Shown: positions 39,764 to 51,100 of the stretch, piece after piece | How the letters are laid out: every line of letters begins with the position of its first letter | Position numbering within the stretch: the first letter of the stretch is position 1 | From: Spirochaetota bacterium | GTDB taxonomy: Bacteria > Spirochaetota > UBA4802 > UBA5550 | Assembly (NCBI GenBank): GCA_963663865.1 | Contig: OY760686.1 | Location: forward strand, 192,001 to 256,000 | Direction of reading: 5' to 3' | DNA: 64,000 nt | Program-made: the position numbers and the translations under genes | Notes under the pieces: generated by a model | Database searches by the model: none | Seen by the model: only the letters and a program-made list of their open reading frames with translations | What the model was told of the DNA's origin: nothing

Positions 39764-41038
39764 TTAAAGAAAGCTGGCGAAGAGATAAATATTCAATACG
39801 GTAACCAGTGCTCCTGTCAGATACAGAACTGCTGCGTTGGCCTTTGAATTTTTGTACTCTCCCATTACCCTTCCGGAGGATGTCAGATAAACCTGCAGAA
39901 ACACGGTAAAGGGCAGCTGAATACTGAGCATCATCTGGGATATTATCAGTCCCCTGAACGGGTCAGTTATGAGAAAGATTATGCCCAGTGCCGCCACAAA
40001 CGACAGAAGGATTCCGGTTTTTGAGTGTACATCCTTTATGTCATACGGCTCTTTAAATATTCCGGAAAATATTGAGCCTGCCGCCATTCCTGATGTAATG
40101 GTCGACGCCACGCCAGCGAAAAGAAGCGCAATTGCGAATATAAACGCGGAATGGCCGCCAAGAAGGGGAGAGAGAAGACCCTGCGCCTGCTGAAGCTCGG
40201 TTACCTTAACCCCGGCGGCGTAAAAGCCGGATGCTGCAAGCAGAATCATGGCGCTGTTTATCCCCCAGCCGATCAGCATTGAAAAGAGGGTGTCAAAGAA
40301 TTCATACCTGAGTTTTTTTCTGATGACATCCTTATTCTCAAGGTTCCACTGACGGCTTTGAATTATCTCTGAATGAAGAAACAGGTTGTGGGGCATTACG
40401 ACAGCTCCGAGAACGCTCATTACAACCACTATGGAACCCTCAGGCATTGACGGTGTAACCCAGGCTTTTCCGGCCGCGGCCCAGTCTATTTTTACAAGCG
40501 AGAGCTCATATAGAAACGACAGTCCTATGACCGACACAAAGGCTATTATCCACTTTTCAATCATGCGGTATGAGTTGGTAAAGAGCATGATGATAACAAA
40601 GACTGTCACGAGAACTGCTCCTGCTCTTATGGGAATATTGAAGAGCATGTTCAGGGCGATTGCCCCGCCAAGAATCTCGGCAAGCGAGGTCGAAACCGAA
40701 GCCAGAACGGCTGATCCGAGAAGCGGCACCGACCAGCGCCTTTTCAGGTAGGTTGTCGCTGCTTCGGCCAGGCACAGGCCGGTTACTATTCCGAGGTGGG
40801 CAACATTGTGCTGAAGCAGAATGAGCATTACAGTTGAAAGGGTAACCACCCAGAGAAGGGCGTATCCGTAATCGGCTCCTGAGGCAAGGTTTGATGCCCA
40901 GTTGCCCGGGTCTATGAAGCCCACCGTAACGAGAAGACCCGGTCCCAGATATTTGAGAATCTCAAGGCCGCCCAACCGGGGATTGTGATGGGCTGAATCA
41001 TATCTCTTTTTGATATAGCCGAATAATCTGATCATCAA
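39764..41038 (-). CDS. mntH: Nramp family divalent metal transporter
   Basis: GPGLLVTVGFIDPGNW, GAVVMPHNLFLHS, SQMMLSIQLPF. Confidence 0.88.
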   Translation of the reverse strand: MMIRLFGYIKKRYDSAHHNPRLGGLEILKYLGPGLLVTVGFIDPGNWASNLASGADYGYALLWVVTLSTVMLILLQHNVAHLGIVTGLCLAEAATTYLKRRWSVPLLGSAVLASVSTSLAEILGGAIALNMLFNIPIRAGAVLVTVFVIIMLFTNSYRMIEKWIIAFVSVIGLSFLYELSLVKIDWAAAGKAWVTPSMPEGSIVVVMSVLGAVVMPHNLFLHSEIIQSRQWNLENKDVIRKKLRYEFFDTLFSMLIGWGINSAMILLAASGFYAAGVKVTELQQAQGLLSPLLGGHSAFIFAIALLFAGVASTITSGMAAGSIFSGIFKEPYDIKDVHSKTGILLSFVAALGIIFLITDPFRGLIISQMMLSIQLPFTVFLQVYLTSSGRVMGEYKNSKANAAVLYLTGALVTVLNIYLFASFL

Positions 41039-41190
41039 ACACCTCTTACTGGTATAACTCCAAATAATTCACATTATAAAAACTTCTCATAATTTTCTGA
41101 GATGATTTTGAATTGTTGCCATGCAGATGTCAACAATTACAGGATATATTAAACACGTAAATAAAGCAATCTGCCGGATAGGAGGAACAT

Positions 41191-41682
41191 ATGCAGGATA
41201 AAGCGCTGGTCGTTATCGATATACAAAACGACATCACAAAGAATTACAGGGATATTATCAGCAATATCAATAAGGCTATTGATTGGGCTGTTAATGAGAA
41301 TATTCATGTTGTTTACATAAGGCATGAAAATCTGTCAGCCGGTACGAGGACTTTCAAACCCGGAACGCGCGGGGCAGAACTGGTACCGGAGTTGAAAATT
41401 GTATCAAAGAATGTCTTCACCAAGTACAAGGGAAACGCATTAACCAGCGATGGCTTTGCCGAGTTTCTCGCAAAAAACAGGATACGTGAGTTCTACATAG
41501 CCGGGGCAGATGCTGTTGCCTGTGTAAAATCAACCTGCTTCAATCTGCGTAAGACGGATTACAGCGTCAGCGTTCTGTCGGACTGCATCACCAGTTATGA
41601 CAAGAGGAAAATCGACGAGATGCTCAGGTATTATGAGAGCAAGGGGTGTGAGGTAGTGTGTTTGGAGGAGCTGGGAGTGTGA
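41191..41682 (+). CDS. Isochorismatase-family cysteine hydrolase
   Basis: ALVVIDIQND, FTK, GADAVACV (Asp-Lys-Cys triad). Confidence 0.88.
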   Translation: MQDKALVVIDIQNDITKNYRDIISNINKAIDWAVNENIHVVYIRHENLSAGTRTFKPGTRGAELVPELKIVSKNVFTKYKGNALTSDGFAEFLAKNRIREFYIAGADAVACVKSTCFNLRKTDYSVSVLSDCITSYDKRKIDEMLRYYESKGCEVVCLEELGV

Positions 41683-42145
41683 GGAGTTTTTATGATGGGC
41701 TGTTAAACGGAGGGGATGTGCCTCGTCGTTTTTTTGTTGGGGAGAATGGGGCTGGAAGGATTGAATTGAAGATGAAGGAATTGGACGAGACGGGAAGATG
41801 AAAAAAGTGAATTGCTGATAAAAAAGCAGACGAACTGAAAGTGAGGAAGATTGCATTGAATACCAAGGATGGGAGGAACTAAAAATTTGGGAAGATTGGA
41901 ACAGGAAAAAATTTCTTGCAAAAGTGGAAGATATGGTGGAGGGATTGGGGTAAAATGAAATGATTTATCGGGCAGCAGATGAGTTAGATGCTGGATTAAT
42001 CGGAATTGGCTTTTTGCCGGAGCTGCCAATGTGATTTTTGATGTCAGTGATTGTTGGAGTGTTGCTGGGAAGTATGTTGTGGGGAAGGATATTATATTAT
42101 ATTCGTAAAATGATAGTTATGTGCAATTTTAATACTAGGTAACTT

Positions 42146-43279
42146 ATGAATTCTTCAACAGATATTCTTGAATTTAAAAATATTGTAAATCTTATACTTC
42201 ATTATTTTGATCATGGAATTATAAAAAAGGATCAAATTGCCAAGAGACATATAATAGAAAAATTATCACTTCCTTATCTTGACGATGAATTAATTTTAAA
42301 TCCAATTGTCATGTGCCAATTTTTGGTTACTCAGTTTATAGGTCTTTACTCTTCTCTTGATGCGGAAACAAGGAGTCTATTTGATAGCGTCTATTCTCGA
42401 TTTAACAGTTATGAGTTATTTCTTAGAATACGATCCTTTGATCCTAACCATGGTCTTTATTACCCACATAAATTTGAAACATCAGATTGTTCATATTTTA
42501 TAGACCGAAACAAGCCTTATTTGATAACAATTACTTCCAAAAAATGGCTTGAAGAGGAAAAACTAGGTGGTAATGAACTGGGTTGGATTATTAGACCTGA
42601 GATCAAAGCATTGTCAGCAATGTCATTTTCTTTAAAAAGGTTTTATTGTGTGTTTTGTTTAAATAATAATCCTATAGATATACCACTAAATTTTATAACT
42701 GACCAAAATAAGCTATCTCCTGAAATAACAGAAAAAATGAAATCAATTCTATATGTTTTACATTTAATTGATTTCAAAAATAATTATGACAAAGAGATAC
42801 ATGATGATATTAGATTTAATTTTCGTAGCTATCAATTTGTTGATATCGATAGGTCATATGAGCTTTACAATAATTTTAATATCAATGACAGCCTTACTTT
42901 AAGAACATCATTTTTATTCTTATAAGCTGCAATGCTTTTTCATCAGAGTAGAATTTTTGGTGAAGAAGCTTTGCAGAACTTTTATTTTGGTATTGAAGGT
43001 TGTTTACGAGTTATTTATTATAAGCATCATACTAATGGTAATTTTAAAATAAATGAAGTTGAAAAAATAATTGATGAAATTTTTCCATTAGATGGATATT
43101 CTGAATCACTAAGTTCATTTTATGAAAATCGGATTAAGTTAGTTCATCCAGAATCAAGGTTCGACTCAGATTGGAGCCCAAAGTTTTCTGCAGATGAATT
43201 TATGGATAATTATGAGTGGATTTTAAAATTACTTTATTATGCAATATCTGGTATTGTTTATGAGGATAAGCTAATGTAG
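42146..43279 (+). pseudogene. Single gene with a C-terminal HEPN-like domain, interrupted by one in-frame TAA (42923-42925)
   Basis: TTC TTA TAA GCT GCA ATG: both ORFs share one frame; the second part has the RxxxxH motif (RIKLVH) and FGIEG. Confidence 0.7.
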
Positions 43280-43294
43280 TTATTTTAAAACTGC

Positions 43295-43427
43295 GCCCAA
43301 CAAAGATTGGCTGCTCCGGGCGCTCCTCGCAAGCTTTGGCGCGTCCTCGGCCCTTTGGGCACATTGCATTCTTTCACGTTTTTTGCATGTGAAAAAATGC
43401 AATTTCAGACACGCTGTGATGTTATAG
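43295..43427 (+). mobile_element. Degenerate attC-like integron cassette recombination site
   Basis: GCCCAAC (RYYYAAC) 15 bp after the stop, internal hairpin ATTGCATTcTTTCAC..GTGAAAaAATGCAAT, terminal GTTATAG; the gene is preceded by GTTATGTGCAAT at 42116. Confidence 0.45.
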
Positions 43428-43531
43428 ACAATACCTAACGAACATTGGTTGAGAATGTGATGTAAATAAACAATAAGCGGTCTTCAAATCCCCGTGCCCA
43501 AGAGAGCCCTACGACCGTGTGGCACAAATAA

Positions 43532-46500
43532 ATGGAAAGGGAATATATGAATATTAACTGGCATAACATAAGACCAATAAACGGTGATCAAAAAGAAGGT
43601 TTTGAAGAATTTATTACACAATTAGCACGTAAAGAGTTAATTCCAAATCAATTTAAATTTATACGTAAAGGAAAACCAGATGCTGGTGTCGAATGCTTTT
43701 GGATTCTGGAAGATAATTCAGAATGGGCTTGGCAAGCAAAATATTTCACATCAAGTTTTGGTGATAGTCAATGGAATCAATTAGATGAATCAATAAAGAC
43801 TATAATTGAAAAACATACAAATGTAGTTAAATATTTTATTGCTATACCAATAGATCCGCCTGATGCGAGAATCGATGGTCAAAAATCACTGCTTCAACGA
43901 TGGGATGAACATGTACAAAAGTGGAAAGATTGGTCAAATAATAAGATCGATTTTGTTCCATGGTGGCACTCTGACTTAATAGAACGAATACAAAAACCAG
44001 AAAATTCCGGTTTTTTACTGTTTTGGTTTGATAAAGAACAATTTACCAATGATTGGTTTAAACAAAAAATCCAACTATCTATCGCTAACTTAGGGAATAG
44101 ATATACCCCGGAAATTAACTTTGAATTAGATATTGTAAAAATATTTGATGGAATTGCTCGTGACAGTAAGTATTCTAAACAATTATACGAAAAGTTTGAT
44201 GATCTTCTTATCAATCTAAAGAAATCTATACCAAGATATGAGGACAGTGAATTATCAAAGCAAATAGAAAAAATAAATCATTGTTGTAATTTTCTTAGCC
44301 AAGAGTATAATGATATAATTTCAATCGATGATAAAGAATATGATTTTGATAAATTAGAATCTAAAGTAACTGAAGTATCCACAATTATTAATAATATTGA
44401 AAACCGAATTGATGAATTAATCAAGATAGTTGATAAGGAAGAAAAAGAAAGACTCAATCACACTAAATACTATATAAGAAATACTTATGCACCTATAAGA
44501 AATTTTCAATCTTTTATTAATAACACAACAATAAAATTATTTAATAAACCATATCTTCTATTGGATGGCGAAGCGGGGATTGGCAAATCACATCTCCTTG
44601 CAGATATTGCTAATATCCGAATTAAAGAAGATAAATATTCATTATTGCTCCTGGGACAACATTTCAATAATACTGAAAGTCCTCAGAAACAAATATTAGA
44701 TCAATTAGATTTAAATTGCAAGTTTGAAGAATTTCTTGAAGCATTAAATTGTAAAGCCCAAATATCAGGAACAAGAATAATAATATTCATTGACGCAATC
44801 AATGAAGGTGCTGGTAAATTCTTTTGGCCAGATTACTTCAACGGTTTTATTATTAATATTTCCAAGTTCAGCTGGTTAGGTTTAGTTTTTTCAATTCGGA
44901 CATCGTATCTCAAACTTCTTGATAATAATATAAATCATTTGTCGAATGAACTAATTAAACACACTCATTATGGATTTAGAAATGTTGAGTATGAAGCATC
45001 AAAATTATTCTTTAAAAATTACAACATTGAATTACCAAGTGTTCCGCTGTTACATCCTGAATTTCAGAACCCACTGTTTTTAAAGCTTTTCTGTGATGGC
45101 CTGGATAAGGCAGGATATACAAAAATCCCAGATGGAATCAACGGTATCACCAAGATTTTTGATTTTTTTATTGATAGCATTAACATAAAACTATCTTCAC
45201 CAAAATTTTTTAATTATTCATCTGGTGTTAATATTGTTGAGAAAGTAATACATCAGCTAACAAAGTATAAATTAATTAACGATTTATATTATATACCAAT
45301 TGATATTGCAGTAAAAAATGTAAGTGACATTCAAAATACCTATAATATTTCAGGAAATTTAACTGATGCTTTGATTTCTGAAGGGATTCTTTCGAAGAAT
45401 TTATTCTGGAAAGAAAAAGAAAATTCTGAAGAAGGTATATATATATCATATGAACGTTTTGAAGATCATTTAGTTGTTTCGGAAATTTTAGATGATATTT
45501 CAAGTGATAAAATCCGCAAGGAATTTGAAGATGAAGGTGCTTTATTTAAATTTATTAAAGATGAATATGCAATCAATTGGCATAAAGGTATCATCGAAGC
45601 ACTTTCAATTCAATTGCCTGAAAAATACAGCATTGAATTATATCAATTATTAGATGATAAAAATAATTATGAGATAGCAGAAGCATTTGTTAGCAGTTTG
45701 TTGTGGAGGAGAAACGACTTAGAAATTGATGAACAAGTGATTGAATATATAAATAGTACAGTTCTTAAATTTCAAGGGACACATGATTATTTTTGGGATA
45801 TAGTAATTGCGGTTTCTAGTAACCCGAATCACTTTTTTAATGGAAATAAAACTCATGAAATACTCAGCAAGTATTCATTATCTGACCGTGATGCATGGTG
45901 GACTCAATTAATTCATTATTGGTATAATGATGAAACTTCAGTAAAAAGATTGATAGACTGGGCTTGGTCAATAGAAGATAAAAGGCATATATCTGATGAT
46001 TCTATTGAGCTTGCTTCAATAATGTTATCATGGTTTCTTGCTAGCACAAATCGTAGATTAAGAGACTCTGCGACAAAAGCACTAATATGTTTACTTGAAA
46101 ATAGAATACATATTTTGAAAAAATTGCTAATAAAATTTGAAAACGTAAATGATCCATATATATATGAACGTGTATTTGCTGTGGCATATGGGTGCACTTT
46201 GCGAACTAAAATAACTGGAAGTCTGCCAGAGTTAAGTCAATACATCTATGACAGAATATTCAATAAAGATAAAGTATATCCGCATGTCTTATTAAGAGAT
46301 TATGCACGTGGTGTTATTGAATACACGCTGCATTTAGGTTTTGATTTACCTTTGGATATTACTAAGGTTAGACCTCCATACAAAAGCGATTTTCCTCCTA
46401 CACCTACAGATGCAGAGATAAATAAATACAAAATTGACTACAATAGCCGGGATTCTCATGATCATGATTGGAGTGTTAATTCAATACTCAGATCAATGGA

Positions 46501-47734
46501 AATTGAATATACCAGAAATGGTAGAGCAGCTGGATATGGTGATTTTGGAAGATATGTCTTTCAAAGTAATTTTTATGACTGGGATAATATTAGTCCAGTT
46601 GATCTAAAAAATATTGCAATAAAAAGAATTTTTGATTTAGGATATGATTCAAAAAAACATGGTGATTTTGATAAAATGATTCCATACCATGGACGTCATT
46701 ATCATACGCAAGAAAGAATAGGGAAAAAATATCAATGGATAGCTATGCACGAATTATTAGCACAAGTTTCAGATAATTACAAAATGAAAGCATCTTGGCG
46801 AAACTGGGGAGAAGACAATACTATGGTTGATTTCTGTGGTCCATGGGAACCCTTTTTAAGAGATATTGACCCATCAACTATTCAAAGAAACAATAAACTT
46901 GCTATTGTTAATATTCAGCCAAAAATAACATATATGAATTGGGATATGGATAACAATCAATGGTTAAATGATATTTCCGATCTTCCAGAACCTAAGATTA
47001 TTATTGAAGATGAGACCAAGGAATGGGTAATGCTTGAAGGACATTATGATTTAAATGAGGAAAAAATATTAGGTAATGAGATATATTCAATTCCTCAAAA
47101 ACAATTTTGGTACCTTATTAAAAGTTATTTCGTTCCGTCAGATCAATACGATGTAATATATAAATGGTTGTCAGATAAAAATTTCATGAACAGGTGGATG
47201 CCAGAGTCACATAATAGTTATGAGATGTTTAATAGAGAATATTACTGGTCACCAGCTTATAATTATTTTAAAAAGGAATATTATGGCGGAGAGCAAATTA
47301 GCAAAATTTATGACCGTGAAAATGATAACGAAATTGGTGATGTAATAGTTACTACTGAATCATACTCGTGGGAAGCAGAATATGATTTATCAAAAGAAGA
47401 AACATTTAGATTTTACAAACCATGCTCAAAGCTTGTTAAGGAATTAAGGCTTTTCTATGGAAATAATGAGAGTTATATGTATTCGGATAATGGGGAACTA
47501 ATATGCTTTGATAACTCAGAAGGAAACTCAGGTTATCCATGCTTGTTTTTTAAAAAATCAGTTTTAAAAGAATTTTTAGAAAAGCATAATTTTAAAATGA
47601 TTTGGACTGTTCTAGGTGAGAAAAACATAATAGGTGGGCATGGTCGTGATAATTATGGGAGATGGCCAATTGTTTCAGGTATATATTCAATGATAAACGA
47701 TGAAATATCAGGTAATATAAAACTGTATGAATAA
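43532..47734 (+). CDS. Avs2-like antiviral STAND NTPase with an N-terminal restriction-endonuclease-like domain
   Basis: N-terminal FEEFITQL..PDAGVE..WQAKYF; Walker A GEAGIGKS; Walker B IIIFIDAINE; NPLFLKLFC; long helical C-terminus. Confidence 0.72.
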   Translation: MEREYMNINWHNIRPINGDQKEGFEEFITQLARKELIPNQFKFIRKGKPDAGVECFWILEDNSEWAWQAKYFTSSFGDSQWNQLDESIKTIIEKHTNVVKYFIAIPIDPPDARIDGQKSLLQRWDEHVQKWKDWSNNKIDFVPWWHSDLIERIQKPENSGFLLFWFDKEQFTNDWFKQKIQLSIANLGNRYTPEINFELDIVKIFDGIARDSKYSKQLYEKFDDLLINLKKSIPRYEDSELSKQIEKINHCCNFLSQEYNDIISIDDKEYDFDKLESKVTEVSTIINNIENRIDELIKIVDKEEKERLNHTKYYIRNTYAPIRNFQSFINNTTIKLFNKPYLLLDGEAGIGKSHLLADIANIRIKEDKYSLLLLGQHFNNTESPQKQILDQLDLNCKFEEFLEALNCKAQISGTRIIIFIDAINEGAGKFFWPDYFNGFIINISKFSWLGLVFSIRTSYLKLLDNNINHLSNELIKHTHYGFRNVEYEASKLFFKNYNIELPSVPLLHPEFQNPLFLKLFCDGLDKAGYTKIPDGINGITKIFDFFIDSINIKLSSPKFFNYSSGVNIVEKVIHQLTKYKLINDLYYIPIDIAVKNVSDIQNTYNISGNLTDALISEGILSKNLFWKEKENSEEGIYISYERFEDHLVVSEILDDISSDKIRKEFEDEGALFKFIKDEYAINWHKGIIEALSIQLPEKYSIELYQLLDDKNNYEIAEAFVSSLLWRRNDLEIDEQVIEYINSTVLKFQGTHDYFWDIVIAVSSNPNHFFNGNKTHEILSKYSLSDRDAWWTQLIHYWYNDETSVKRLIDWAWSIEDKRHISDDSIELASIMLSWFLASTNRRLRDSATKALICLLENRIHILKKLLIKFENVNDPYIYERVFAVAYGCTLRTKITGSLPELSQYIYDRIFNKDKVYPHVLLRDYARGVIEYTLHLGFDLPLDITKVRPPYKSDFPPTPTDAEINKYKIDYNSRDSHDHDWSVNSILRSMEIEYTRNGRAAGYGDFGRYVFQSNFYDWDNISPVDLKNIAIKRIFDLGYDSKKHGDFDKMIPYHGRHYHTQERIGKKYQWIAMHELLAQVSDNYKMKASWRNWGEDNTMVDFCGPWEPFLRDIDPSTIQRNNKLAIVNIQPKITYMNWDMDNNQWLNDISDLPEPKIIIEDETKEWVMLEGHYDLNEEKILGNEIYSIPQKQFWYLIKSYFVPSDQYDVIYKWLSDKNFMNRWMPESHNSYEMFNREYYWSPAYNYFKKEYYGGEQISKIYDRENDNEIGDVIVTTESYSWEAEYDLSKEETFRFYKPCSKLVKELRLFYGNNESYMYSDNGELICFDNSEGNSGYPCLFFKKSVLKEFLEKHNFKMIWTVLGEKNIIGGHGRDNYGRWPIVSGIYSMINDEISGNIKLYE

Positions 47735-47931
47735 CCGCCTCCGCACGTCCTGTGCTGCGGCGGGTGCGCGGGGATTTTAAGAAACTGGTAACCGTGAGAG
47801 TGTGGTATTGCCTATAACAAGAAAAATATAGTTGCGAACGATATCGGGACAATATTTTTCTTAAGCAAGGAGTAATTACAAAATGTGAGATTGGCCCTGT
47901 TCCACGTGCCCCCTCCGGGGGGCAGAAAAGA

Positions 47932-48147
47932 TCAGTTCACATAATACCAGTAAAAATCATTCATCGCCTTTTGCAGTGATTCTGAATTAACTTTTTCCTG
48001 TTCTATATAATTTGATAATGTCAAATATGCTTCACGGAAGTTTCCATTATCAAACTGTTTCCTAAAAACTTCCAAATTATCTTTATGTTTAAAATCTAAG
48101 TTGTTAAGTTCTTTTACAAGATTATTGTAATATTCTTTATTTATCAT
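47932..48147 (-). CDS. Putative immunity protein of the RHS toxin
   Basis: Small AT-rich ORF overlapping the toxin stop codon (ATGA coupling). Confidence 0.7.
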   Translation of the reverse strand: MINKEYYNNLVKELNNLDFKHKDNLEVFRKQFDNGNFREAYLTLSNYIEQEKVNSESLQKAMNDFYWYYVN

Positions 48148-51100
48148 TTTTTTAACTCAAAAAGTTGAAAGTTATTAATAAATTTAGACGTAACAGCTTG
48201 AGTACCACCACCTTTTCCCCATTGAGGCATGGTTTTGCATATTGGTTCAAGATTAAATCCGGTTCCCCATTTACCTTTCGGAATAGTGATATTATTAATT
48301 ATTTGTAGGGTATCAAATTTGCCATAGTGAGAAGGAGAGCTAGGCAGTTGAAGTAAATTTTTAACTTCATTCCTATTAAATCTACTTAAATCATTAAATG
48401 TGAAGTATGTAGTTTCACCTTTTGACATTATATTCCCTTTTAATGCACTATCAATCGCAGGTTGATTTAATGCCCTATACCCAGTCGACGGCACAACATC
48501 CCCATTAGGTTTAACATAAAAGTCTGCTTTAGGTTTTGCAATACTTTTATTGTGTTTTATACCCTTGCCACCACCTCTCCCGGCCCGACTCCAGCTAATC
48601 CCTCCAACAAACATCATCTCCCGGAATTCGCTGAGGTTCTTCGGAGCCACAAGAAGAGCAGCTTTGGAAACGCCGGCACTGGCCGCGTGATAAATGGTCT
48701 TCAGACAGTTCGAAGTCTTAAACGAATTAATGGTCTGCTCGGAGTGGTACCTGTCGTTGTACTCCAAAGCCTCCCTTACAGTCATAATCGACCGGTCAGC
48801 GATTTGCTCAACGTCTATATTCCCGCTCGGATCCCCGAATCCCACCGGATTATTCCGGCAGTACGAGTAACGGTTCCAGCTCTGGGTGTCGTCCTCGTAG
48901 GGAACAACCGAGTCAGCGGTCACAAAGCGGCACAGGCCGGCGTCGTAGTGGCGCGCGTTGAAAAAGATCAGGCCGCTTTCGCGGTCGGTTTCCTGCGAAT
49001 TGAACTTAGGCCGGTATTTCGCAGCGCCTTCAGAGAACCAGCTGCCTCCGAAGGGCAGGTATTCGGTCTTCGAAACGGGCAGGCCGTTATCATCTACTAC
49101 AAGTTTAACAGAATCGAGATGATCAGTCAAATAAAACCGTGCGTCCCCGTTGGCGGCAACTGCAGCAATGCGGATGCCGTTCAGATATAGGTGGTTCACG
49201 GAACACATCGTTCCCGGCGAGTCGTGAAGTCCGTCCGGAACGCTCTGTTCAAGCGCGAAGTACATTGACGGGCTGAGCACTTCCATGTGCGGAGACTTTC
49301 CGGCGGTGTCCGTTATCAGTTTCCTGATACGGAAGCCCTGCTCGTCGTAATGGTATTCACCCGCGGCGATGCCCGATGAGTCGTCTATGACCTTCCGTAT
49401 CCGGCTGGACGCGTCGTACTCAAGACGCCTGGTCCCATCCCCCGCAGATGACTGGTAGACCATGTTGCCGGAGGCGTCGTAGCGCATAACGCTCCCGCCC
49501 GTAGCGGAGGATATTTCCGTCAGAGCGTGGCCGCCTCCCGAATAGCTGCAGGTCATCTCTTCATGCCGGGTGCCTTCCGGCCCGCTTGCCGAGGCGCTCC
49601 GCGAGATCATGTTTCCGTTGGCCGTATAGCCGTAGCTGTGCGAGTATTTTCGAGCCTCAAGGCTATCGGATGATTTTAGAACACCCTCGCCCGCGACGAG
49701 CCGGTTCAGTCCGTCGTATGAGTAGCGGTGTGAGACTTGAGTGCCGGCAGCTCCGCCCGGCCGGAGCTCCGAGAAGTTTACTATTGAGGCGACGCTGTTG
49801 TCGTTCCTGAGCGTGTAGTTCACGTCCTCGAGTTTCCGTGTCATGCCGTTCGATTCTGTCGTGCTCAATATGCCGGTCAGCCTTCCGCGCGCGTCGTATG
49901 AGTATGTGCTTTCGGTGCCGTTGCCGCGTTCTATCGATTCGAGCTGACCGTCTTCGCTGTACGCTATGCGTTCAATCACGTCTCTTTTTTTACCGGAGGA
50001 TATTACTCTCACCGACTCGGCGCCCGCCGATCCGAGAGTGTACTCGGCGCGTATTCCCGAGGCAGTGCGCGGGTCTCGCGGATAGTCAACTGCCGTGAGC
50101 CGGCCCTGCAGGTCATACTCAAAGCGGGTGGTGAAACTCAATCCAGGCTGGTCGCCTGATAACGGGTCGGTGAAGGTGCGCGTCTCGCGGATGACCCTGC
50201 CTGTTTCGTCGTAGCAGAAGTCCTTTCTCTGGAAGGGGCCTATGATTGCAGCGAGGCGCCCGGCCGTGTTCCCCGGACTCTCAGCTCCGCCGTAGATGAA
50301 TCGGGTAGTCTCAATAACGTCAGTCCCTGCGTGAGAAGGCGCGCGGCTTTCTGTTACGCGCCCAAGGCAGTCGTAGTCCATCTCGCTGCGAAGGCCGCGT
50401 GCGTCTATTACAGCCGAGTTCTCTCCGTAGGCGTTGTACTCGAAGCGTGTATATCCGGTGTCAGGACAGCTCGTCTCAACGGGCCGTCCGAATCCGTCGT
50501 ATCTCCACTGGGAGATGCAGTTCCCTGAGCTGTCCCGCGCGCCCGCGGCAAAGAGCGATGGTTCAACTTGAGCACTCATCGCCGCACCGTTCAGGTCCAT
50601 TCTCTTTATGCGCCGTCCAGCCTGATCGTAAGCAAATCCCATTGAGGCCTCGACAAACCTTCCGTCGTCGCCCGTTCCCGAATCGGTGACGTATAGCAGA
50701 AGGCCGCGGCTGTTCGTAACGGTTTTGCGGGTGCGCCTTCCGGTGCGTTCGGTGACAGCCCACGGATTGCCGTAGATGTACTCAAATGAGGTGACGGCCG
50801 GGCCATCTTCGGGTGATGTCTCCGGAAGGGTGATCTTCACCGCGCGTCCGGCGTAGTCGTATTCTGTAAGCGTAGGGTGCTTTTCGCCTCTATGGGGATG
50901 ATACTCTTCCAGTTCATCTGCGCTGCACCAGTCAGCGCGGCTCCTCCGTGTTACTCGGCCGAGTGCGTCATAGGTAGTAAGTCCGCTTTTCACATGCCGG
51001 CCGTTGCCTGCGCTTTTCACCGAGTGAAGCACTCGTCCGCAGCCGTCACCGTACACGGCCTTTTCTATGTCCGGGTCTCCCGATCCGGTGAAGAGCGTAA

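Noticed and set aside
41530-42029. Two 108-aa minus-strand ORFs
   Set aside because: Artefacts of the purine-skewed tract; low-complexity F/P/S/L content
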